From contig JAOMOG010000004.1 of NCBI GenBank assembly GCA_028353405.1, forward strand, positions 8,722 through 72,721: a stretch of 64,000 nucleotides of DNA. The letters run 5' to 3'. Positions 28,633-37,500 of this stretch are shown here, in pieces. Numbering within the stretch: the stretch's first letter is position 1; the number at the start of each line of letters is the position of its first letter. The translations under genes were made by a program, and so were the position numbers. A model generated the notes under the pieces. That model did no database searches. It was not told the origin of the DNA and saw nothing but the letters and a program-made list of their open reading frames with translations. This DNA is from Candidatus Poseidoniaceae archaeon (lineage in GTDB: Archaea > Thermoplasmatota > Poseidoniia > Poseidoniales > Poseidoniaceae).

Positions 28633-31059
28633 TCAGCGATTTGGGGCTAAGTCAAGAGAGCCAGACCAAATGTCAAGACCGCGTAATCGGCAAGGGAATT
28701 TCTGTCCTAATTTGACGATTGCATTCTGCTGTCCTCGCTCATCAGGTTCTGCTGGAACAACTTCTAGTCCGTGTTCATCTATTACCGTCCTAATCTTGCC
28801 AGATATTTGTCTTAGGTGCATGCGCCCTTGAACAGAACCATCATCTGCTAGATCCAAGAAAATCCAAGGTGTTCGTAGCCCCACAATTCTCGCTGGCCAA
28901 GATTTACCTTCTAGTGGAGTGGCAACATCGGTCAATTGTTCATCGCCAATACCTCCTCCTCTCAACAGATGTAGATGATATGCATTGGCAACAAGTTCCC
29001 ATTCCAGCCGTTTTGCTTTGTATCCCCGATCACTACAATGACTTGCTAAATCGGCAGTTTCCTCAAACGAATGAGCCCAGTCATTTCCACGTAAGTATGC
29101 CTTTAACTGCCGGTGAGCCATCAAATCCGGATATCTTCTAATCGGTGAAGTAAAATGAACATAAGCATCTAAATTAAGGCCGAAATGACCAATGTTTGCT
29201 TCACTATAGTTTGCTCTTTGCATCAACTGAAATAAACCCTGGTCCACGACTCTTCTAATCACATCGTCTAATTCACTCGCCTCTTTTTGAGCATCTGCGA
29301 GAGAATCCAAAATATCGTTCCTTGCTTCAGGATTCAGCACATCTTGTAAATATTCATCAACATCACTTTCACTATCTTCATCGCTAATCAAATTAGACAA
29401 ATCTATTCCTCCACCAGAATTATCAGCCCATGCACCTAGAAGGTTTGTCAAATGTTCAGCAGAGGATTCACCTTGTTTTCTACTACTGGGTAAAGGAAGA
29501 CGAATACTGACTCCTAGTTCCTCTAATTTAGCATTTAATCCTTCAATTTCAGGGGTGTCGGGTGGTGCGTGGCACCTCCAAGGAAGTGGAGCGCCTGCCG
29601 CCCCTAACAAGTGGCCTATGGCTGAGTTTGTTGCAACCATTAGAGATTCTATCATCCGAGTAGCATCATTTGGCCACTTGACTTCAACAGTGATTTGGTC
29701 ATCAATAATTCGAGGACGTAATTCGGCATTAGAGATATTTAGTCGCAATTCCTTCTCCTGCCATTTCTTTGCTAGAGTAAACATTTCAGAGAATTGCGGG
29801 TTATCTAATGCATCTTCATATGCCATGTTTTGTTTTACCTCAATAACCGCCTCGTAAGCAGAAACATCTGCTATTTCACCCGCATCATCAAGTTTCATTG
29901 CAACAGCCATCGCGTATCGAGGTATCTTTTCTCGTAATGAGCAAAGGTCATCGGCTAGGCGAGGGGGTAGCATTGGTAGAACGGTATGAGGCAAATAGAC
30001 TGAGGTGGCACGAGCTCTTGCAGCAGCATCAAGACTTGTATTAGGAGTGACATAATGGGCAACATCGGCGATTGCAACCCACAGTGTTTGTATTCCATTT
30101 TCTTCAACCAAGCATACTGCATCATCGAAATCTTTTGCATCATGCGGATCGATAGTTACGAACGGTAGATGTCGTAAATCGGTTCTGCCTTCCTTCAATG
30201 CGGACTCTGCATCAACCTCTTTCAATAATTCTGCTTTTGCGCAAAGTGATTGGTCATACTCTCTTGGAAATGGATTTGCATTAGCCCTTCTTCTAGCCAA
30301 TAAGCGAGAGTCTAGGAGTTGTTCTGCATTCCAATGGTTTGCTGAAATTAATAATAAGGCCATTGCCGGTTCAGCTTCTTGAAAACGCATCCCGCCTCTT
30401 CTTTTTGCAATAAAACGACTTTCTTTGAGCAATGAAAATACACCCCATGACATGATTGTCTCTCCAGGCATTAAAGAGAATTCTTTAGGATAATCTTGAC
30501 CCATTAAATCGGCGAGCCAAACACTTTCTAGCAAAGAATATCGTTGAGCATCTTCCTCACTAACATAACTTAATTGTGCACTTTTATCATTTGTTTGTAA
30601 TTCTTCACCGACTCTAAGAGGGGGTCTTCCCCAAAGAGATGTACCGCCTTTTTGTGCATGTCTAGAAGAGAATGCTTTCCAGTCTGCTACCGCAGACTCA
30701 ATTATTTCAACATACGCAGGCTTAACCAATCTGACCATTTTATCTTCTAGTGATGTGAATCGTTCATTCTTTTTACGACCAATTGCAAGTGCCTCATCTA
30801 ATCCACTGCGAAATGTTTTCTCGGCCTTACTATCGATTGAAAAGCGATGCATCAAGTTTTCACCTTCGATGAGGAGGTCAGCAATTTGCTGATTAGTCCA
30901 TGATTTCTCCCATAATTCCTCATCATCAGCAAATTGCTGAGACAATCGACGCCACAATTTCTCATCTTCGGGTATCTGAGGACCTTTTTTGTTTTGATGC
31001 TTACCAGCGCTATTTGAATTTGGACCGCGTCCTCTACCGCCGCCACGCCCTCTCGCCAT
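28633..31059 (-). CDS. rnr: RNase R / RNB-domain exoribonuclease
   Basis: TIDPHDAKDFDDA, VAIADV, HFGL, HFTSPIRRYPDL; C-terminal S1-like domain. Confidence 0.9.
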   Translation of the reverse strand: MARGRGGGRGRGPNSNSAGKHQNKKGPQIPEDEKLWRRLSQQFADDEELWEKSWTNQQIADLLIEGENLMHRFSIDSKAEKTFRSGLDEALAIGRKKNERFTSLEDKMVRLVKPAYVEIIESAVADWKAFSSRHAQKGGTSLWGRPPLRVGEELQTNDKSAQLSYVSEEDAQRYSLLESVWLADLMGQDYPKEFSLMPGETIMSWGVFSLLKESRFIAKRRGGMRFQEAEPAMALLLISANHWNAEQLLDSRLLARRRANANPFPREYDQSLCAKAELLKEVDAESALKEGRTDLRHLPFVTIDPHDAKDFDDAVCLVEENGIQTLWVAIADVAHYVTPNTSLDAAARARATSVYLPHTVLPMLPPRLADDLCSLREKIPRYAMAVAMKLDDAGEIADVSAYEAVIEVKQNMAYEDALDNPQFSEMFTLAKKWQEKELRLNISNAELRPRIIDDQITVEVKWPNDATRMIESLMVATNSAIGHLLGAAGAPLPWRCHAPPDTPEIEGLNAKLEELGVSIRLPLPSSRKQGESSAEHLTNLLGAWADNSGGGIDLSNLISDEDSESDVDEYLQDVLNPEARNDILDSLADAQKEASELDDVIRRVVDQGLFQLMQRANYSEANIGHFGLNLDAYVHFTSPIRRYPDLMAHRQLKAYLRGNDWAHSFEETADLASHCSDRGYKAKRLEWELVANAYHLHLLRGGGIGDEQLTDVATPLEGKSWPARIVGLRTPWIFLDLADDGSVQGRMHLRQISGKIRTVIDEHGLEVVPAEPDERGQQNAIVKLGQKFPCRLRGLDIWSGSLDLAPNR

Positions 31060-31108
31060 ATGGTTACGTCAAGGTAACAGGTGATGAAGTATCGTCTACC
31101 TAATTGTA

Positions 31109-32038
31109 TTACAATCCACTTTTTTGTAATGCTTTCAGAGCCTTGAGTTGCGCAGCGGTCAACTGTTCGTTTTCTTGTAAAACAAATTCAAGATCCAAAT
31201 CACCGCCGTCGAACCCTGCACCAACCATTCTTCTACGGTCACCAATTTGGGTATTAGCAGCAACACTTAGATTCCCAGATTTTCCAGAAGGTAGTTTGAC
31301 TTTGATTTTACCGCCCAAAACCAATGTTGAATATGGAGTTGAAACCTCTTGTACCAATACGCCATCTTCCCAATAGGTGCCTTCTCCAGCATCTATTCTA
31401 ATGATGACCAATACATCTCCAGTATCTCCTTGTGGGTGGTCATGACCTTGTCCTTTTAGACGTTTAATTTGACCATGTTTTGCATCAGCAGCAATAGTAA
31501 TTTTTAGTGTGATATTCTTGGTTTCCATTTCGTTACCATTCTTTCTGAATCGTTTGAAAGTAAATGGAAATTTACCACCATTTTTCGCCTCATCCATTGT
31601 GATGTCAATTCCAACATTGATATCAGCGCCCTTTGGTAATTGCTGATGAGATGCGGGATTCCGTTGCCTAGCACCACCGCCAGGCATTCCTCCTCCTCCG
31701 AACATTTGGCCAAAGGCATCGTCCATTCCTCTGCCACCGCCGCCGAAATTGAATTGAGACCCTCCAAACGGATTGCCCCCTCTTCCGCCGAATGGATTTC
31801 CTCCACCGCCGAACATATTCGACATCTGTTGCTTTTGGTCATAGTCTCTGCGTGAATCTGCAGTTCCAATTGTATCATATGCTGCTTGAACTTCTTTGAA
31901 TTTTGTTTCAGCAGCAGCATCATCAGGATTGCGATCTGGGTGGAACTGACGGGCTTTTTTGCGGAATGAACGCTTGATTTCAGCGTCGCTGGCACCCTTG
32001 TTAACGCCTAATACGGAATAGGGGTCGCGTTCTGCCAT
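31109..32038 (-). CDS. DnaJ-class chaperone (J domain, G/F region, CTD; no Zn finger)
   Basis: HPD motif, G/F-rich linker, GDV. Confidence 0.9.
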   Translation of the reverse strand: MAERDPYSVLGVNKGASDAEIKRSFRKKARQFHPDRNPDDAAAETKFKEVQAAYDTIGTADSRRDYDQKQQMSNMFGGGGNPFGGRGGNPFGGSQFNFGGGGRGMDDAFGQMFGGGGMPGGGARQRNPASHQQLPKGADINVGIDITMDEAKNGGKFPFTFKRFRKNGNEMETKNITLKITIAADAKHGQIKRLKGQGHDHPQGDTGDVLVIIRIDAGEGTYWEDGVLVQEVSTPYSTLVLGGKIKVKLPSGKSGNLSVAANTQIGDRRRMVGAGFDGGDLDLEFVLQENEQLTAAQLKALKALQKSGL

Positions 32039-32206
32039 ATCGGTCCTGTCACTGTAGCCCCCTCATCAATGCTCGGGTTTTTTCAGCAACATTTCTCAAC
32101 ACCAATATTGGGTTTTTGGTTGAAACTATTTATCATGTAGGCAAGTTTTACCTATCAAAGCGGTTATATTAGGTGGGCAGTTGGGCAGGATATCCGAGGT
32201 TATACC

Positions 32207-32479
32207 ATGTCTAACGAAAACTCCGAAACTCAATCATTTGAGGACAAAGTTCAAGACAAGCAAGATTGGATTGAATCGCAATTCCGTAAGGTCTCTAGAG
32301 GCTCATGGGCTCGTATTATACGAATGGCAAGAAAGCCGACTCCTCAAGAGTTTAAGCAGACTGTCATCATTTGCGGAATCGGATTATTCGTCTTAGGAGC
32401 TATTGGATTCGCAATGCTTGTATTGATGGATAATTTCATACCATACTTAATCCATGATGTTTTCAACATCGGTAACTGA
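32207..32479 (+). CDS. secE: Protein translocase SecE/Sec61-gamma
   Basis: RMARKPTPQEF plus TM; upstream of spt5. Confidence 0.93.
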   Translation: MSNENSETQSFEDKVQDKQDWIESQFRKVSRGSWARIIRMARKPTPQEFKQTVIICGIGLFVLGAIGFAMLVLMDNFIPYLIHDVFNIGN

Positions 32480-32492
32480 AAAAGGTGATTAT

Positions 32493-33410
32493 ATGACTGA
32501 CGCATTCGTAGTATTTGTTAGATTTGAAGAAAAGCTTCTCCTCCTTAAGAGAGGAGAGTCAGATGGAGATTTCCCTGGACTTTGGGACGGAGTATGGGGA
32601 GTCGCAGACACCCCAGAAGAAGTCATTCAACGTGTTTCAGACTCAACAGGAATTCCGGTTGAGAGTTTACATTATGACTGCACTGGTCCAGAGCGAGGTA
32701 TCGACATGGGCCGAAGTTTGGTCGATGTAATGCCAATTCTTGTTATTTCTAATACAGATGAGATCGAAGTCAAAGGGCGCTATACTGAAGGTCGCTGGGT
32801 TGACCCGGGTCAATTGCAAGAATACCGTTGTATTTTCTCAGACATTGATATGGAAAACGCAGATGGACTATTCAAGGAAATGTATGGTTCAGTCGGTTCT
32901 TTCCTTTTCATTGTTAAAACCGCAATCGGTGCAGAGAAAAGAGTTGCAGACGAAATGTATGCACGCTTGCACGGCAGTGGTTCTCTAACCACTCTACAAA
33001 ATGACATAATGTCAATTCTTCATCCACCAGCCATGCGTGGATATGTTTTCGTTGAATCAAGTGCATTGCACCATGTTGAGAAATTGATTGGCCGTTCAGG
33101 TGGAAGAGATCCTAAGGCTCGTCGTGGTCTAAATCAAACTCCGCTAAAGAATGCAAAGACAGTACTTCCTGGTGAAGCACCATTGCAAGATATCCTACCA
33201 TACCTAGAACCGAAGGCAGTGACCTCTGGAATTGAAGTAGGCTGTATCGTTGAAATTGTTACAGGCGCATTCAAGGGTGAGAAGGCTCGTGTAATCAGTG
33301 TTGCAGAAATGAAGGAAGAAGTTAGTATGGAGTTGTACGAACAACCTATTCCAATGACTTTGAACATGCGTGGCGACCACGTCCGTGTAATCGAAAGAGT
33401 TGACGATTGA
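32493..33410 (+). CDS. spt5: Transcription elongation factor Spt5 with N-terminal NUDIX-like domain
   Basis: NGN (VKTAIGAE, RGYVFVE) and KOW (VEIVTGAFKGEKARV); N-terminal LLLLKRG...FPGLWD. Confidence 0.9.
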   Translation: MTDAFVVFVRFEEKLLLLKRGESDGDFPGLWDGVWGVADTPEEVIQRVSDSTGIPVESLHYDCTGPERGIDMGRSLVDVMPILVISNTDEIEVKGRYTEGRWVDPGQLQEYRCIFSDIDMENADGLFKEMYGSVGSFLFIVKTAIGAEKRVADEMYARLHGSGSLTTLQNDIMSILHPPAMRGYVFVESSALHHVEKLIGRSGGRDPKARRGLNQTPLKNAKTVLPGEAPLQDILPYLEPKAVTSGIEVGCIVEIVTGAFKGEKARVISVAEMKEEVSMELYEQPIPMTLNMRGDHVRVIERVDD

Positions 33411-33557
33411 AGCCCCATTTGGCATCTATTAGTTGACTATTCACCGCTTCAAAGCCAATTCTCCTTGTGACCACTCATTATTTCAGCCGCGGCGCGGTTA
33501 AATAGGGGAGTTTAGTCGGCGAAATACCCACGTCTGTGAGTAATGGAGTTGACACAT

Positions 33558-33839
33558 ATGCCGAAACCTTGGACATCAAAGCTGATAATCAAAGCTCTTG
33601 GAGTTAAGAAGTGTAACGGAAGTCTTGACGCTGCTACTGAAAGTCTCTCTCTTGAGAAAGCAATGGAAGTTGCAAAAGAGAAGGCAGACTTAGGCCATCT
33701 AACTGGTGCTGATCTAAAAGCACAAACCAGAGAGATAATTGGAACATGCGTATCTATGCGTGTAAAGATTGATGGTCACTGGGCAAATGAAGCGCTACAG
33801 ATCATTAGCAATGGAGAATGGGACGAGCGATTTAACTGA
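33558..33839 (+). CDS. rpl11: Ribosomal protein uL11, C-terminal domain only
   Basis: TSKLIIKALG, EIIGTCVSM; lies between spt5 and rpl1; about 93 aa. Confidence 0.85.
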   Translation: MPKPWTSKLIIKALGVKKCNGSLDAATESLSLEKAMEVAKEKADLGHLTGADLKAQTREIIGTCVSMRVKIDGHWANEALQIISNGEWDERFN

Positions 33840-33849
33840 ATTACGAACC

Positions 33850-33882
33850 GCGGGAGAGGCATTAATTTGCTTCGCTGACCGC
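33850..33882 (+). promoter_or_regulatory. Putative L1-binding mRNA leader (autogenous control)
   Basis: GCGG-GA-GAGGC-loop-GCTTC-GCTGA-CCGC asymmetric internal loop abutting SD GAGGTGA. Confidence 0.65.
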
Positions 33883-33895
33883 AGAGGTGATTATT

Positions 33896-34540
33896 ATGGA
33901 AAACAAAATAAACCAAGCAATCAAAGACGCATTAAGTAATGCACCTAAGCGTAATTTTGTCGAATCCGTGGATATTACATTCACAATCAAGGATGTTGAC
34001 TTGAAGAACCCTACTAACCGTATCAAGGAAGAGATTCGTCTTCCATCTGGTCGCGGACGAGAATTAAAAATCGCAATGTTCGCTGCAAGCGAAGCCGCAA
34101 CTAAGGCTAAGGCTGCAGGACTTACTGTAATCACTCCACAAGAGATTGAGGATTTGGGCGGTAACAAGGGTAAAGCAAAGAAAGTTGCTAACTCTTACGA
34201 TTACTTCCTTTCCGAAGTCCCTCACATGGGACTTATCGGTAGATACCTCGGTGTGGTTCTAGGTCCTCGAGGCAAAATGCCACGTCCAGTTCCTCCAACA
34301 TTAGATCCAGGCATTATCGCTACAGGTCTAATGTCAACCGTCGTCGTCAAGTCTGGTGACAAAACTACTTTCCATGCAGCAATTGGAACTGTAAACCAAA
34401 GCGAAGAGGAACTATACGCTAATGCTATGGCAGTTTACAACCGTGTAACCTCAAAGTTAGAGCGCGGAATTGGAAACATCCGTTCACTTTACATCAAGAC
34501 CACAATGGGTCCGGCACAACAAATCGAGGTGGTTAATTGA
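33896..34540 (+). CDS. rpl1: 50S ribosomal protein uL1
   Basis: KRNFVESVD, LGPRGKMP, KTTMGP. Confidence 0.97.
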   Translation: MENKINQAIKDALSNAPKRNFVESVDITFTIKDVDLKNPTNRIKEEIRLPSGRGRELKIAMFAASEAATKAKAAGLTVITPQEIEDLGGNKGKAKKVANSYDYFLSEVPHMGLIGRYLGVVLGPRGKMPRPVPPTLDPGIIATGLMSTVVVKSGDKTTFHAAIGTVNQSEEELYANAMAVYNRVTSKLERGIGNIRSLYIKTTMGPAQQIEVVN

Positions 34541-35559
34541 TTCCTAAGGTAGTTTCCTGGAAGAAAGATGCGGTTGTAGATTTAGTCAACCTTCTTGAAA
34601 GTGGTGACACAATTGCAGTTATTGATATCCACGGAGTTCCAGCAGATTCCATGATTGGAATGCGCTCTTCACTTCGTGAAAACTTAGCAATTCGCGTTGC
34701 TAAGAAGCGTTTGATGCGCCTTGCTTGGGAACGTGCAGGTCTAAAGGCAGAGAATCTAGAACAATTATTCGATGGTGCAGTACAACCTGCACTAGTATCA
34801 TCAAGTAAATTGAATTCATTTGAGGTATTCACAGCATTGAAAGCAACTCAAGCTGGCCGTGCTGCTAAGCCTGGCGACCGTGCTCCTCACGACATTGTAG
34901 TTGAGAAGATGGATACTGGAATGCCCCCTGGTCCAATCGTTGGTGACTTGAACTCTGTAGGAATTCCTGCTAAGATCATGAAGGGCTCCGTACAAATCCA
35001 AAAGAGAACAGTTATTCTCAAAGAAGGAGAAGAATTCGAAGGAGACCTCGGTCTGATGTTGTCTAAGTTAGGCATCAACCCAATCATAGCAGGTCTACGT
35101 TTGTGTGGTACACTAGAGGGTGGAACTGTTTTCGCCCCTAGCACATTAGATATCAATTTCGAAGAATTTGAAAGTGATTTAATTTCTTATGCAGCAGGGG
35201 CATTCAATCTTGCTTGCAACATTACTTGGTTTACTAACCAAACAATGCCAACAATCCTTGCAAAGGCGAGCCGCGAGGCTCTTGCTGTTGCATTGGAAGC
35301 GGCTGTCGCTACTGCTGACACCATGCCGCATCTTGTCGGAAGAGCACACCGCGGCGCTATGGCTGTCGCAAGCTCTCTTGACAGTGACGCTCTCGACGAC
35401 GAACTGGCGGTTATGCTAGGCGCTGCGGCTAACGCTGCTGCATCTGCATCCGTTGCTGTTGCTGAGAGTGATTCATCAGTCCCTACCGAGGCAGATGAAG
35501 AAGAAGACGAGGAAGAAGAGGAAGCCGGTTTCGGCGGTCTTGGAGACCTATTCGGTTGA
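34537..35559 (+). CDS. rpl10: 50S ribosomal protein uL10 (P0)
   Basis: WKKDAV, TGMPPGP, acidic tail GLGDLFG. Confidence 0.96.
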   Translation: MIPKVVSWKKDAVVDLVNLLESGDTIAVIDIHGVPADSMIGMRSSLRENLAIRVAKKRLMRLAWERAGLKAENLEQLFDGAVQPALVSSSKLNSFEVFTALKATQAGRAAKPGDRAPHDIVVEKMDTGMPPGPIVGDLNSVGIPAKIMKGSVQIQKRTVILKEGEEFEGDLGLMLSKLGINPIIAGLRLCGTLEGGTVFAPSTLDINFEEFESDLISYAAGAFNLACNITWFTNQTMPTILAKASREALAVALEAAVATADTMPHLVGRAHRGAMAVASSLDSDALDDELAVMLGAAANAAASASVAVAESDSSVPTEADEEEDEEEEEAGFGGLGDLFG

Positions 35560-35582
35560 ACGAAATATTGAGGTGAAAAATA

Positions 35583-35882
35583 ATGGAATACGTATACGCT
35601 GCTATGCTACTGCACGCTGCTGGAAATGAAATAACTGAAAAAGCTGTCACTGCCACTTTGGCTGGTGCTGGTGTAGATGTAGACGCTGCTCGCGTGAAGG
35701 CACTTTGTGCTTCTCTCGCTGGTGTCGACATCGCTGATGCTATGACCCAAGCTGTCGCTGCACCTGCCGCTGCTGCTCCTGCAGCAGCTGCTTCGTCCTC
35801 TGACGCCCCTGCGGAAGCAGAGGAAGAAGAAGAAGAGGATGAAGAAGCTGGTTTCGACGGTCTTGGTTCCCTATTCGGTTGA
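35583..35882 (+). CDS. rpl12: 50S ribosomal stalk protein P1/L12
   Basis: [11 protein letters not shown], Ala-rich hinge, GLGSLFG. Confidence 0.97.
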   Translation: MEYVYAAMLLHAAGNEITEKAVTATLAGAGVDVDAARVKALCASLAGVDIADAMTQAVAAPAAAAPAAAASSSDAPAEAEEEEEEDEEAGFDGLGSLFG

Positions 35883-35886
35883 ATTG

Positions 35887-36066
35887 GACTCCGAGCGCCG
35901 CCGAGCGTTCTCGCTTGACCAGTAAATGGTCTAGTGAGTGATTGCACGGTAAACGCCTCCGGTCCAGACTCAACTGAATACCTCGCCTTTGGGCGTGGAT
36001 CAAACAGTCTACCGTGCATTCGAGTTACACCTATTGCTGCGGCAATAGGTATCCCAAATCTGGGAT
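35887..36066. ncRNA. Candidate structured non-coding RNA, unknown family
   Basis: Multiple nested and tandem helices in a GC-rich intergenic region (see findings). Confidence 0.5.
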
Positions 36067-36069
36067 TTC

Positions 36070-36115
36070 GCCCTCTCATTATCTGAGGATTTTGAGAGGG
36101 CTAAAATTTTCTTTT
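36070..36115 (+). terminator. Hairpin plus T-rich tract
   Basis: GCCCTCTCA...TGAGAGGGC followed by AAAATTTTCTTTT. Confidence 0.55.
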
Positions 36116-36186
36116 GTAATTTATTGTTATTCTGAGTGAGAACTTTCATCCGGTTTATTGATGCACTATTGACTACAGCATCAGCC

Positions 36187-36696
36187 ATGGTGAAGAGGGC
36201 GACCTTAGATTTGGAACTCTCCCCAACACCAGTTGAATGTATCAAAGCATTACGCGAGTTAGCAGATTCTGCTGGTTGGAAACTAGAGAGGCATGAAGGT
36301 TCTAGATTAGTCGATCGTTTTGCAATCATTATGCCGATGGCCCAATCAGCTAGAACTCTAGGTTTGGTGGTGAAAGATGGACCACTCAGAGGACTTGAAC
36401 TGGTTTGTTGGTCAGAAACTAGAGGGTCAAGTGGTGCCATTAATATTGCAAGTTGGTTATTACCTGGTGGCCAAGAACATCCCTTAACAAGAAATTTGAT
36501 TCACAATTGGGTTGCACTGCTCCCGCGCTGTCCATGGAGATGGTCCTTTGGTGAAAGATCTAAAATTGGATATTTGCTACCGGTGTGGAGGAAATCTAGG
36601 AAAAAGTTTGCCAAACTGGGATTTAATGTAAAATCAAAACAGTGGCCTATAGTCGCACAAGAACCTTGGTTTGGCTCAATAACTAGTGAAGAATAA
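36187..36696 (+). CDS. Hypothetical protein
   Basis: ORF; likely start MVKRAT. Confidence 0.65.
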   Translation: MVKRATLDLELSPTPVECIKALRELADSAGWKLERHEGSRLVDRFAIIMPMAQSARTLGLVVKDGPLRGLELVCWSETRGSSGAINIASWLLPGGQEHPLTRNLIHNWVALLPRCPWRWSFGERSKIGYLLPVWRKSRKKFAKLGFNVKSKQWPIVAQEPWFGSITSEE

Positions 36697-36772
36697 GCCA
36701 AATTACAAATTATCAATCAACCGAAAGTAATAGGGTTGATGCCCCGCCACAGTTACAGTAGGAGAGATTGAA

Positions 36773-37489
36773 ATGGCCAACCTAAGTGAGTTTGCTGAAA
36801 ACCTGAAATCCAACCGTGATACTCAAATCACAGTAGCATTGATCATATTTTTTATGCTTGCATTCCCTCTTTATTTTAATTTTGCATCCAACAATGCATC
36901 ATCTGGTGGAGCATTGGGAACTGTCGGTGATTACAAGGTCTCTGGAGAATATACATTTATCGAATTAGAGAGTGGTATCGAGGGTATTGCAGATGGAGAC
37001 ACACTAACTCTAGAATTACATTCAGATGCTGTACAAAGTCAAATTGCAGATAAGAATTTAGTTGCAGTAATCGTCAATATGACTTATGACGAAGATGAAG
37101 AAGCCAATGGGCCTCCACTAGCATGTGCCGGGCCACAAGGTGGAAGTGATGCACCAGATACAATCACAGCAACAGTTTCTCGTGGCAATAACACTGCATC
37201 AGGTTCTGGACAGAACCCCGGTGGTCATTTCATTACAGCAGAGTGGCATGATTCCTCAATCATTGATACAGTTGTTACAGGGCTATCAGAGTCAGAAATA
37301 ATGGATATGCTCGAAGGCGGAGAAACCGGAATTGGTAATTATACTATTGAGATTTCAGTTGCAGCTGAAGCAGGTAATACACTAAATCCAACCTGTTCTC
37401 GTAATGATGGTGGAGAAGAAGTAAATTACACGGTTAGTTTGGTACTATTGGATTACAATATCATGCCGGATATTGCAGCCGAAGTTTAA
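36773..37489 (+). CDS. Membrane-anchored extracellular hypothetical protein
   Basis: N-terminal TM, acidic beta-rich domain; AGGAG SD. Confidence 0.75.
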   Translation: MANLSEFAENLKSNRDTQITVALIIFFMLAFPLYFNFASNNASSGGALGTVGDYKVSGEYTFIELESGIEGIADGDTLTLELHSDAVQSQIADKNLVAVIVNMTYDEDEEANGPPLACAGPQGGSDAPDTITATVSRGNNTASGSGQNPGGHFITAEWHDSSIIDTVVTGLSESEIMDMLEGGETGIGNYTIEISVAAEAGNTLNPTCSRNDGGEEVNYTVSLVLLDYNIMPDIAAEV

Positions 37490-37500
37490 ACTTCAAAGTA

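Noticed and set aside
31504..31995. 163-aa ORF overlapping dnaJ on the same strand
   Set aside because: Alternative-frame shadow with no motif
35500..35882. Similar 3' ends of rpl10 and rpl12
   Set aside because: Known shared acidic C-terminal motif of P0 and P1 stalk proteins
35483..36079. 198-aa antisense ORF across rpl12 and the structured region
   Set aside because: Shadow of Ala/Glu-rich biased codons; low complexity; no homology cues
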